The notes under the pieces: generated by a model
What the model saw: only the letters and a program-made list of their open reading frames with translations
The model's database searches: none
Told to the model about the DNA's origin: nothing
From: Pelomyxa schiedti
Taxonomy: Eukaryota; Protista; Evosea
Assembly: GCA_020536535.1 (NCBI GenBank)
Contig: JAHLWZ010000626.1
Coordinates: forward strand, 62,001-126,000
Reading direction: 5' to 3'
Length of the DNA: 64,000 nucleotides
Program-made: the position numbers and the translations under genes
Shown: in pieces, positions 24,073 through 36,900 of the stretch
Layout: every line of letters starts with the position of its first letter
Position numbering within the stretch: position 1 is the stretch's first letter

Positions 24073-26414
24073 ATGTCCACCACACGGGAAAACGCAGGGA
24101 GAGCCACAGTCGGGCACGACCACGAGCACCCAGCCATAGTTGTAGTAGCAAGTGTCTCCCCAGCGTCATTGAATGTCGATGTGGCCGAGGGCCGAGGTGC
24201 AAGCAATAGTGGGAAACAATTGGAATCTCCTGGAAGAGGCAGTGGTGATACTGATATAGTTGAGGAGAGTGAGGAAGAGAACGAGAACGAGAACGAGAAC
24301 CAGAAACAGGATAGCGGGGACAGAAGCGAGGATGGCGAGAAGTTGTCTTGGCAGCACCTCAGTCTGGGGATCTGCATGTCAATTATCTGCATGTCAATCT
24401 CGTTCATTGAGACCATGATTGTTCGCCCCACCTCCACAGTTTTTTTTTTTGGTCCGCAGCTTATTACCTTTCTTTCTTTTTTTTTTTTTGAAGGTACCCG
24501 CAGTGCCAGTGATTACAGAGGCATACCCTGACCAATCTGAGTGGGCTCCTTGGGTGCTATCAATATATCTTATGACTGGAGGTATTATTTCTTCTCTTGT
24601 TCTCCTACTGACTGGTGATCAAGGAATTTCTACACCACTATTCACTGCATTCTCCATAAGGTTTGGATTTCGTGCTTCTTATGGACTCTGCCTTGGTTTC
24701 TATATCTTAGGTTGCGATTTTTACCTTGATGAGGCTGCTCACCCACCCAGGTTCTACTGGATGCAGTGTCTCCTTTTTGAGTTCAAATCTGGCCCTGCTG
24801 ATTATCTCCAGAGGATTCCAAGGCTTGGGCATGGCAAGTTATGACATCAAAGAAGTTCTAACTATCCCAGACATCGTATATCCTGTGTATTTCCTTTGTT
24901 AATGCTTCTTTCCCAAAAAAATATGCAAATATCATGGTACTCAAACTTTTTTATTCCTTTGTACTCATGTACTTTAGATTGGTGTCCTTTCTGCCATGTA
25001 CCCTGCTGGTGCGTCATTGGGATTAATTGGTGGTGGAGCAGCTCTAGACTACATATCATTCTCCTATAACGGACAAAGCTGTGAGTGGGTTGTTCTGTTT
25101 TGGATTATTACACCCATCGTTTCTGTGGTTTGCATAGCAATTCTTCTCAGTGCAAAGGATCCCCCAATCAACGATGGCACTAACCAAGTTGATTTTATAG
25201 GTGTGTTGTGTACGTCAAATCACGTCATTTTTCCCACATAAAACATGTACCCAAGGTGCCCTTCTTCTTGGAGTAGCTGTTGGTGCATTTCTTGTTGGGT
25301 TAACTTTGCTGGACCAAGTACTTCCCGAGTGGGGAGATGAAGGTCCCATTCTGCTCCTTTGTTCAAGTCCTGTGTTCCTGGGGATGTTTATTGTTTGGGA
25401 GTTAATCTTCAGAAAAGACAAGGCACTGATTCCACCTCGACTGTTGCTTGACAGGTTTGGTTTTTCTTGTTTCTCGTCCCAACACCTCCCATAGAGCCCT
25501 CTTCATTCTTGACTTCGCAATTTTTTCTGCCGGTTACAATACCTTTACACAGTTCATTGTAAGTTTCATCAAACTTGTAATACTCAGTCAGTTCTCACTC
25601 CATTGCAGACGATTCCATCCTTCCTGAAAGAGGAGAACGGCTTTTTTGCAATCACAAGTTCCCTTATTGTTGGCCTCATTCTTTTTCCTGAAGGTATTCC
25701 GAACTTGATTGTGAGCCCTTTGAGTCCTCATCTTGTTAAAATTTATGGTTTCCCTCTCAACTCACAAATTTCATCTTACCAGTTCAGGAGGTCCAAATGT
25801 CTTTTTCGCATTCTTTTTTATATTATTTGTGTCAATGTTCATTCAATGTTTCTTGCATGAAACACTTGCTCAGGTATTTTCCATACATTTGATTGTTCTA
25901 ATCCCACGAAGCTGATTTTCATACAAATACTCTCCGGAATTGGTTCAGGAGGTGTTTTTACACTTCAGATGATTCTCATTGCGGGAGCAACTGAAAAACA
26001 CACTTTTATGGCTGCTGCAGGTTTCCCAAAAGATGCTATGACTTCTAACTTCAATTAGGTGTGGGCACATTATTCAAAATTATTGGTTCTGCTATTGCGC
26101 CTGTAGTGTCATCTGTGCTTATCAATGACTCTGAGAGTGCAAGGAGTGCAAGTGAAAGTTCATCTGTTTGTGTTTTGGTATCTTTTCATTTTACCCCTAA
26201 CCATCCAAAAACCAGGGCTCATGGGAAGGTGAAATGGGCTATGTTTACTCATGGGCAATATCAGCAGGCCTGCTTGGTGTTTCACTGGTTCTACTTCTAT
26301 TCTTGCCTCATCAGTTCAACCACTGCATCGATTTGTATCGCCGTGTTACACAGAAAAACAGTGAGAAACGAAGTTTGTTGGAGGATGAAAAAAATCCAAC
26401 AAGAGATTAAATGA
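24073..26414 (+). CDS. MFS transporter, DHA2/EmrB-QacA-like
   Basis: SFIETMIVPAVP...WVLSIYLMTGGISTPLF, many hydrophobic helices across about 10 exons, GTLFKIIGSAIAPVV near the end. Confidence 0.85.
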
Positions 26415-26563
26415 CGAGGGGTGGGCCTGGAAGGAGGCACCAATAACCTTCGATTTTGTTTGGTTCAGTGCATTTTAGTTAGTAGTACTCTTCCAACCGA
26501 CCACAGGACCGACGAGTACGAGAGTCAGCTTCCGAGATTCATCAATCCCACAATAGAACGCCG

Positions 26564-28622
26564 ATGCAGGGCAACAACACGCAAGGTACAGCCCGCGGCG
26601 CGACGCAGGGGGACGACGGCGGCCAGCAGCAGCAGCACCACAGGCAGCCTCCCGAATCGTCCCCGCCGTCGGTGGGTCTTAGCGCCGCCACCAACCTCTC
26701 GTCCCTCCTCTCTTCCCTACTGCAGCAGCAGCTGCACCAGCAACAACAGCAGCAGCCGTACGCGGCGCCCTCCTCCTCGACCCGCGCCCCCGCAGCCCCT
26801 GCCGCCACCACCCCCGCTCCCACCACCACCGCGACCACGACCACTACCACTACCACCACCACCAGCAGCAGCAGCAGCAGCAGCAGCAGTACAAGTACAA
26901 GCGGGGGGGCGGTGGGGCGGGAGGCGGCGAGCGCCTGCGAGGGGAGCGAGGAGGACCAGGTGGCGATAACGATCGACGACCCCACCGCGTCCACGTCTGC
27001 GTCCGCTGCTGCTCCCCCCGCGTCGCCGCCGTCTTCGTCTTCGTCTTCTTCTTCTTCGGCTTCATCTTCGTCTTCTGCCTCGACGATTGTGGCCAGTGAG
27101 CTGCTGAGCTACCTACTGCAGCGGCCGCAGCAGCAGCAACAGCAACAACTGCCGATTCCTGCCACGCAGCCCACTGGGGGCGATGCGCCTGACACCGGTG
27201 GTGCTCACGCTCACGATCATGACCACGCCGACGCTGCTGCTGCTGCTGGTGGTGGCGGCGGCGGCGGCGCGCAGCAGCAGCAGCAGCAAGGGGCTAATGA
27301 GGAGGACTGGAACCCGTTCTTTGACCAGGTCTCGCAGTTTTGCAGCGAAATCCTTGCTTTTGTACTTGTGGGGCTCATCGTTTTGGTTTTCCAGTTCAAA
27401 TTTGGTACACCAATACTCCATTGGCAAAATGGTGCTTATTCCTTGTACTCGACAGGATTCCTGGTGGCTTTGTGGATGACAGTTCTATCCACTAACTTGA
27501 ATGGAACAATAAAACATGAAGTTGCTCTCAAGGTTTGCAACTGCACTTTTAACGATCTTTCCTGATATTTAAAAAAAAAAAGGACAAATGCCACTGGCTC
27601 ATGCTGTTTATAGTTATAGTTGTCAGTGCTGTTCATTGTTGGGTCCCCTATGTATTAAAATACACCTATGGATATTCCTTAATGAAAGTCTGTAGGTTCT
27701 CTTTGAGGAAGAGGAATTATGGAAAGCGCTGAGTTAGTACAACTACATTCTGATTTATCTCAACTCCATATAGTTTTCTTACTTCCCTACGAGCCTAAAT
27801 ACAACTTTGCCACAACTGTTTGGATCGTTCTTATCAATGGTATTTCGTAGTTCGCTCTTTTACCTTCTTTCCCTGAAGTACATACAAGACTTTGTCATCA
27901 GATTCGCCACGATGGGGATGAAAGCTATTTTCATCCTTCTTTTACATCGCCGGCGGCAGCACTTAACACGCAACTTACAAATCTACAATGCACTTGAGGC
28001 AACCTCCAGATTATACAGATGTCTAGTCATCACTGGTAAACACCCGTACATTTTCCTTCCTCTAATCTCGTTAAGCAATGTGGACCCGATATTTTGCTAT
28101 TAATATATGGGGCATAGATAGCATATTCTTTTCACTTGCTGTTTCTCTTATGTATGTGGATCCTCTCGAGGTCATTTGAAATTAAAGCTGTGCACAGATA
28201 TTTATCCTTGAAACTCTGTGGTCTTTTCCCCAGACAAAAGGAATGTCTCACTGCTTTCACACAGTGTTTTTCATCCTCTTCAGCTTTTGGATCGTACGTC
28301 CTGAACAATGAACTTTTTTTTTTTTTCCTAAGGTTTTCTTCAGGGCACCCACGGCACAAGAAATCGAAGCAACTCGCGTGTGCCCAATTTGTCAGGACAC
28401 CCTAACAAGACCGCTTGCTTTGCAATGCAGACATATCTTTTGTGAAGACTGTATCACAGAGTGGTATGTAGTGTTTGATGGTACCTTGGCACTCATTTCT
28501 ATTTTACTTTTCCCAGGCTTGCATCACAGAAGAGCTGCCCTATGTGCCGCCGTTTTGTGGAATATGGCGCCTTTGCCACAAGCTACAATGGGCACACAGC
28601 ACAATTGATTTGTTTGGTGTAG
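26564..28622 (+). CDS. RNFT1: RING finger and transmembrane domain protein (RNFT1/2-like ER E3 ligase)
   Basis: Low-complexity N-terminus, several TM helices, C-terminal [32 protein letters not shown] and the tail YNGHTAQLICLV*. Confidence 0.8.
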
Positions 28623-28862
28623 TTGTAAATTTCATTCGCAAAATTTTGAACATAACCAAGAGAAAAAGGAGTTATTTTTTTAGGAAATGTTCTTCATTTG
28701 CTCAGTTTGCCTCGTGCACACGTCGTGCAGAGTCAATAACAAATGGTGGAACCAATCATGCTAGACTGGCAGGTATTGTATTTTCTTTATTGACTTAGAA
28801 AACTTTGGGGTACGAGAAGGGACTTGGTGTCAAAACTGAGACAGAGAAAGTGCACGTTTGCC

Positions 28863-30682
28863 TCAAAAATTGGTGTAGAGGGAGGAAGGAGTGGGGAAGG
28901 GGTCTTCTCTGGATAGAACGAGAACAGCGTGTTGATGGGACATGTATCCTTTAATCAGCTTGTTGTAAATCAGGTTGGCAATGTGACACTCCAGGTGGTC
29001 TTTGTCCACCTCAGTGCACGAGTCCCAAACACTTACAGCATCAGCAGGCTTAACAACTGGCCGGTGTGTGGTGGAATATCTCAGTGCGGCTTCAAAGACT
29101 CGGAGGAACATTTTGCTCTCCCGGCCACTTAGAACCCAGCACTTTCGGAACAGGGTGCGCATGACCATGCACTGCAGCTGCTCCAGCACAAGAAACACTC
29201 CTTTTCTGACAAACAGGTCCCCATAATCCTGGAAAGCCTGGAGCATCAAGCACAGGTCACCAGTTCGGACGGCCTGCACAATATCTGTGTAACAGTCCAG
29301 GCCGTGTGTCTCAAGTAATCCACGAGGTGGCATTTTCCCATGAAGCATCATTACTGGTACGAGGTAGAACAGAGACATCCTCCGGTTCTTCTTACTACTT
29401 TCGTGGCAGTTTGTAAAAGCAGTAAACAGTAATTTCTCTGCAATCGGGTATTCCCCATCAAGGAGAGCAGAGCGACCTCTGTAGAATTGGAAGCACACAT
29501 CCTATTTGATGTGTTTAGAAGCTATTTTCGGTCACACAGGAAAAAAAAAAAAAAACCGAGATTATGTACTTGTATCCACAGATTATTAATATTAATGATA
29601 TGTGTGCATTCACACACGTGTGTGAATGTTTAAAACATGTACATCAGATTTGTGAAGAGATGGCACTCCGTTTGTGTACTTGTCAAGAGTTTTCCCCAGA
29701 CGATTTCTCAAGGCAGTTAAACCGAGTCTCTGGAAAATTTATGATGAAGTATTAGACCAAATAGGAATATTGAGGAATGTGTAAGTGCACATACGAAGTA
29801 AATTTTGAATAGGTGATTTGAAAGTGGAAGAAGTGCGGCCGTCTTGGACGATGCGGCATCAGTTTTTCTGTCAATCTGGCAAGTCTGCAAACAATGCGAG
29901 ATGATTCTCGCTGCATCACTCAAGTAAGTGTTTTTATTTGCCTTTCTGACAACTTGGACTTCCGAAGCAGAGGATGCAGATGTAGAAGTGGAAGTGGAAG
30001 TGGAAGTGGCAGTCGAAGTGGAAGTGGGTGTAGAAGTAGAAGCAGATGGAAGCGGGGAAGCGTTGGCGGCGGCAGTTTCCTCCAAATCAGCGGCTCTGCC
30101 CAGCAAGCGGAGGTCGGCGATCGATGTAAGGAACGCCGGCATGGCCCACCCGTACCCCTGGCTTCCCATAATGTCGTTCAGCTGCTGCGCCACCACCGTC
30201 TGGTGCACGTACGCCACCCCCAGCGCCAACTTGGCCTTGCCCGGCCCCGACGCCGAGGACGCCGAGGACGACGCCGACGAGGCCGGGGGGGACTTGGCGT
30301 GGGCCAAGATGCACATGCAGCAGAGGACGTGCTCGGCGCAGGCGCGGGCCAGGGCGGGCTCCATGCGGGCGGAGAAGAAGGCCAGGACGGCGTCGCTGGC
30401 GGCGGGGCTCGGGGGCACGACGCCGTGGGCCGCCGCGGCGGGGGAGGCGGAGGCGGAGGGGGCGGAGAACTCGCGGGGGAAGCCCTGGACGGAGCGGGCG
30501 CTGGAGTCGATCTGGCGGAGGCGCGCGGCGAGGGGGGAGGAGGCCGGGGCGCGGCGGGCGGCGGCGCCGACGTCGCCGCCGTCGGCGCGGCGGTCGATGG
30601 GCAGGGACAGCACGGCGGCGAGCTGCTGCCCGTCCATGTTGTCGTTGGCTTCCATCACCTGCTGCGCGATGTTGTTCATCAT
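28863..30682 (-). CDS. PCID2: PCI domain-containing protein 2 (Thp1/Csn12 family)
   Basis: LSNHLFKIYF, FYRGR, NRRMSLFYLVPV, VQAVRTGDL, KGVFLVLEQL, ECHIANLIYNKLIKGYMSHQHAVLVLSREDPFP. Confidence 0.9.
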
Positions 30683-30974
30683 ATCCGTGGCCTTTTTTTA
30701 TTTCAACCTGTGTGCACAAGTATCTGTTGTTCTCTCCAGGTTACGACGAACCTCAACAGCTCATAGTGGTGGTTCTCGTGGATTTTGTACTGAGTAGGGA
30801 GGTTGCCTCTCAGTACAGAGCTTCCTGGAACACTGATGGATTTGTGGCTTCGAAAAGGAGGGGAAAAAAAATAAAAACTTGGAAAAACTAGTTATGTCTT
30901 GGATGTGCTTGCCTGGGTGATGGCGAAAAACCAAAACATCAAGACTTTATCATTTCTCCATTTTCTTCCGACCA

Positions 30975-33900
30975 ATGCAGTCCCCTACACAGACCGCCAC
31001 CGGCGTCGGCGATGCGCAGCTCTCACAACAACCCCGAGCATCCCGTAGGCCCCCACGTCCCATGTCTCAATTTGGTCCACATCAGACGATTGTCACAAGA
31101 ATTCGCGAGATCTTGGGCCAGTACCCTGCTGATCACCAGATGCTTTTTGTGTGTCACCCTCCTTCTTCAGCTATTAACTTCCAAGTAACTCTTTATTTTT
31201 CTTTGTTACAGGAGTTATTACAAAATGCCGATGATGCGGGTGCCACTATGTTGAAACTAGTTCTTGATGAACACCACTACAGTGGGTCTTTTATTTTATT
31301 TTAGTTTATTTTGTAAATGCTATTACCAGGATTCCCTGTGGACTCTGTGGCAGCACTAAATGGGTTGCAAGAACCTGGCCTCGTGGTATTCAACAATGCC
31401 CAGTTCACCCAGGAAGACATAGAAGGAATTCAGAGTATTGGTGACAGTGTGAAAAAAACCAAAAGTGAGAAAATTGGCCAGTTTGGCATTGGATTCAACA
31501 GCATGTACCACCTGACAGACACCCCATACCTACTATCTGCTGATTTTGTTGCTGTTCTTGACCCCATGCCAAAATTCTGCAGCAAATACAGTGAACTTCC
31601 TGGTGCTCGCTTTTCCCTTACTGAACTGACTGCCCCTGAAAATGACTATAGTGAGTTGCTTCAGCCATTCTGTGCTCACCTGTTTGGGCTGAACATATCT
31701 TCTGGAGTGTGTGAGGGCACTGTGTTTAAACTTCCCTTGCGGACTTGTTGTGAAGAGGGTGTGAGCAGAGAGGTGTTTTCCACTGGCAGAGTAAGGGAGC
31801 TCTTTCGCACATTTATTGATGCAGCCCCACAAGTGTTGTTATTCCTGAGGAATGTGCGCACTGTTGAAATTGGAGTGTTGGAAGAAAGGTCTGACAATAT
31901 ACAACCATTTGCAATTGTGTCAAAAGATATCCAACAACCACCACCTTCTTGTGGTACACTCCTTACACTTACATCTTCTCTTACAAACCAATCGCCTTTG
32001 AGCAGACAGTATATTCTCCATCACAATACTTTCAGTGGAGACTGCATTGAAGTCTCTTCTGTAATGGAAAAACTTTTAAAAGCGAGTGTCACTGGGGAAG
32101 TCAGGGCTATGGCCTTTGGGGGAATTGCTGTTCCCCTCCCTTACTCAACATTGCCTCACCCGGGAACAGAGGAGTTGTTGGGTGGTGTGAGTTGTTTCTT
32201 GCCCCTTGCCAGATGCAAGAGCCTGTTCAATTTCATTGTGAATGGTGCCTTTGAACTCTCTTCATGTCGACGTGATCTTCTGAGGGAAAGAGGCCCAAAA
32301 GCAGAGTGGAACTTGATGATTCTGAAGAGCGTTGTTGCACCACTTGTTCCGCAGGTTCTCAGCGAAGTTGTCAAGCATTGGCCTCCTGGAGTTCCATTTT
32401 CCACCCTGTGGGAATACCTTCCAAGCCATGACGTGGCTGGGGAGCAATGGACTCCGTTCATAAAATCTGTCTACGAGTGCATCAGTTCGCATTCCAACAC
32501 GTTCATGGTTCCATCCTGGAAAGAAACCTGGATTCTGCTCTCTGATGCTATTGTCATTTCACCAACAAAAAGGAACAACCTCGAACAATCATCCTCCCTG
32601 TCAGTGTTGTGTGAAGCACTTGGAGACACAGCAGTGTTTGCCCCAAACCACGTTTGGGTGGGCTTTTTCGGCAACAGCAATAACAACACGACCAGCACCA
32701 CCCCAACAGGAGCAGGAGGAGTGACAACACTAAGCAGCAGCAGCCTGCGTGCAGCACTCAAGAAATCCAAGTTCGTCCCGCCCAACGCACAGCACGCCGG
32801 GATCTTGCTTGAGATGTGCCTGGAAGATGAGAATTTCTCCGAACTCACCGGGTTGCCCCTCGTTCCCTTGCTCGATGGGAGGATGTCTGCATTCAACAAC
32901 GGTGAAAGGAAGCAAATAATCTGCAAGACCAAACTCCAACAGGATGTGATCAACTTCCTGGAACCATCATCTGTTGTGGACACAGAATCACTTCCCCAGA
33001 AAGTCACGGTTGTGTTGCAAACAAGGTTCAAGGAGTTGAACCTGATCCCATTTTCCCTCGAGCACTTGGCAACCCTCTTGGAACGCATCAAGGGTGTGAG
33101 AGCATCACCCCAACCAACAACAACAGGAAACAACAACCACCTGAGTTCACTCAACCTTCCTGATGGTTTCTTGGAGAAGTTCTGGGATCTTCCTGACGAT
33201 GACACGTGGCACAGATTCAACGATTTCCACCTCGTTCCCGTTGTTGGAGGGAAACTTTGCACACCATCGTCAAAGCCCCTTCTCGTCGAACAACAAGCGA
33301 ACATGGAATCGGTCACTACGCTGGCACAAGTCACTGAAGAGCACGGCGTTTTCTTCTCCGCCTTGCAAGGCAGTTTCACAACGTTGAGGAAGAACCTCAC
33401 ACCGTTTTCATGCCAGTCTCTGGCAAGGGCTCTTTTGCCAGTGGCACAACTGCTGTGCAGTTCACCACCACAAAACCTCAGGTCTGTTGCAACGTTCTTC
33501 GAGGAACAACTGTCCAACTCTGACTGCAACAATGTGGAGACGCAGGAAACTCTGCTGAGGCTCCCCCTGTTCAAGTTGTCGTCGGGAGGATATCACGCAC
33601 TCTCAGATCCGAGGTTCAAACTTGGGCCAAAAGGTGTTGACGCACGTCTCCTCCCAGCAGAGTACATCTGCGACTCGGAGTCTGGCCAGTTGGCGGAGCG
33701 ACTTAAAGTTCTCAGAGTGTCTCTTTTGGACTTTTACATGTATGTCGTTCTCCCAAGCTTCCTCACCATGGACACCAACCTGCGCGAGAAAACTGCGTTG
33801 AAGATCCTCGAAGCGGACTTCCATATTTTCAAGAGGGAGCATCTCACCACTTTGAGTCAGGTTCCTTGGGTCACTGCTGACAACAATGAGCCCAAGCGCC

Positions 33901-36900
33901 CTTGTTCTCTAACTTTTAGCTCTCCTGAAAATCTTGCAGTTGTACCATCTGGAAGTGGGTTCTATCCTGCAACACAATTTTGTAAAGCTCATTTTAGCTC
34001 ATTTCTATCATCATGTGGAATGTCTGAGTTATTGTCTCCCCAAGCCCTTAGGAAGCAATGCCTGACTTGTCAAGATGCCAACTTCTCAGAGGCTTTGCTC
34101 AACTATCTTCAAGCCCACAGCAATATACTGAATACTGAACTGGACGATGCATTGAATTCCACTGCATGGATTCCATGCAAAGCAGCACCTCCCAATTCAC
34201 CATGGCGTTATATTGAGATTACAGAGCCCTTTTTGAAGCCTTCTTCATTGATCCTCCAGACACAGAAGCACTTGGGTTTTGCCATTCACCCAATTTGTGG
34301 ATTTAGCATCGTCTCTGAGGTGCAGTCTCACCTTAATTTCAAGAAATTGACAACTGAGGAGATAATATCACAGCTCACCAAAGTTGCAGCACAATTCAAT
34401 TCAATGGCAAAAGAGCAACAGCAAGAGCATGCACGTAAGGCTGAAAAGGTGGCTACATCCATTTTCCAAAAACTCCAGGAGAACCCATACTTTGATCACA
34501 TCCCTCCAATTTCTGAAGCACCAATAATTTGGACGGGCACATGTTTTGCAGAACCTTCACGAGTTGAAGTAGAGAAAACTTCTGGTCTCCACTTGGAGCC
34601 TTTTCTTTACACTGTGCCACACACACTTATCAAATACACACCTGTGCTGAGGAAACTTGGAGTGGTGGACACGTTCACCCTTTCTCATCTCATTGATTTT
34701 GTCAATAGTAGTCTTGGTCCCCATTATCAAAACCACCCACTTCCCAATGACGTCTTGAACATAGTGAAGCATGTTCTCCAAAGCATTTTCTCACAGCAGG
34801 ATGCTTATGCAACAAGCAACTCCAAAGTCAAGTACATGTTAACATCAGAGTCTATGCTTGCACCAATTGCAGATGTTGTCTATGATGACTTGAAAGACCA
34901 TGCCTTAATACTTGAAAAAAAGCTTTTGGACCCCATCTTTTCGGAAGATGCCGCTAAGGTATTTGGTGTTACTTTACTTGGAGAGCATCTACAGAGTTCC
35001 ATTTCTCAAGGGATGTCATTTGGGCAGCATGTGGATGTGGTCAATGTCATTCAGTACATGTTGCGAGACACACCATGTGGTCCACGCATTCTGTATGAAA
35101 TTTTGCAGAACGCTGATGATGCTGGGGCAAGTGTTGTAAAAATCATGTTGGATTGCTTCACATACAGTTCAGAAAAACTACTTCATCCATCTATGCAACC
35201 TTTTCAAGGACCTGCTCTTGTGGCATATAATAATGCTATGTTCCAACCAAGTGATTGGAATGCAATCCAAACGATTGCATCAGGAACCAAAGAGAGTCAT
35301 CTCGGGAAAATTGGACGCTATGGCGTTGGGTTCTTGTCATGCTTCCACGTCACCGATCTTCCTTCAATTTTATCAGGTGACACTCTGGCTTTCTTTGATC
35401 CTCTTTGCACACATGTTCCACTGGCTTCACACTCATCTCCTGGGCGCTGTTACAAATTGAGTGGGGACAGGGGCACGCAGTGCAAACAGAGTTATGCATC
35501 CCAGTTCGAGCCTTACAAGGTACGTTTTGGCAGAACCTTTTGGGTTACCCTCACAACATGTTACAACACAGACCTTTGGATGGGATGGAACCAACTTATC
35601 TGGGACTGTGTTGCGCCTTCCTTTGCGCCAAGGAACTTTGCCAGACCATAAAAGTGTTGTACAAACTTTTTTGAACGGTATACCCATGTTTCTTTTGAAT
35701 GTTATCTCACAAATTCAGCCAACACAATCAAGGGATACTTTCATCAATTTGCCACTGCAATCGAGACCTCTATCCTGTTCCTCAAGAATGTCCGGTCTGT
35801 TCAAATAAGTGTGAGAGAAGCAGATAGTACAATAAGCTTTTTGCACTCTACGACATGCACCGAGTTACAACCAGAGATGAGAGATCCCTTACTTCAATTT
35901 GTTGGCTCAGGAAGTTTCATGTACGGTGGCAGAAGGGACTGCACAAGAGTTGTTGAGGTTTCTCAAGAACAGAATGAGTCGCCATCTTCTTGTCAAACAT
36001 GGGTTGTTGCAGAAGCAGTGGTTGTGGATAAGAGAACACAAAGCCTTGTCCAGGCAAACAACGAGAAGGGAATCTTGTCCTCCGTCCCCTGGGTTGGTGT
36101 TGCAATACCAGTTAAATGTATGTTATTTCCCTGAGCTCTCCCTTTGATGTCTCACTTGCATTACAGCTGCTCAAATTTTGACCCCACATGCCACCCCTTT
36201 AGGCACAGTGAACTGTTTTCTTCCCCTTCCCGAAACAACCACGTTGCCTGTTGCTCTGAATGCCCTTTTTGAACTTTCCACAGGCCGGGAAATAACTCAA
36301 TCAATAACAGATTCTATGTGGAACAAGGAAATTTTTTCTTTGATTGCTGAGACATATTGCCACCTTTTGGAATGGTTCAAAGAGCACACTCCTATTTATG
36401 ATAGACAATCTCTTTTTTCTGTGATACCTGACAGAACCGATCGCTTTCATATTGCTGAATCAGTGTGGGAAACCCTTAAGAAGAAAAGAATTATTTATAG
36501 TCTCGTAACTGGCACCTGGGAACTTCCTTCCACAGTAAAAAATTTACAACAGGAAATTCCTCAATCTATCCACACCTTCTTGGTGAATGATCATCTTCCC
36601 TTTGCGCAAGTACCTACTGCAATTGCTTGTCACCTGGGAATTGTGGCATTTGATGCAACTGTTCTAGCCAAGTACTTGTCATTACACACATTTTCTCAGG
36701 AAGATTTTTCCACTCCAAATACTGTTGCCGTGCTTCACGATTCATTGCGCTTTTGTCTGCAAGCCCTGTGTGTTAATTTTCCAGTAGTAACACACAACAG
36801 CATTACCCGATTAAGTTCCAATGCGGGACTGGTGTATGGCACAAGTGACGCTACAATATTAGAAGTTGTGAACAGTTCCGCAGCATCTCACATTGTCGAT

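Noticed and set aside
29894-30797. Long plus-strand ORFs antisense to PCID2, and similar long ORFs at 5159-6157, 32471-33574, 41956-42864 and 49114-49731
   Set aside because: Shadow frames produced by GC-rich or low-complexity coding sequence on the real frame; no motifs of their own
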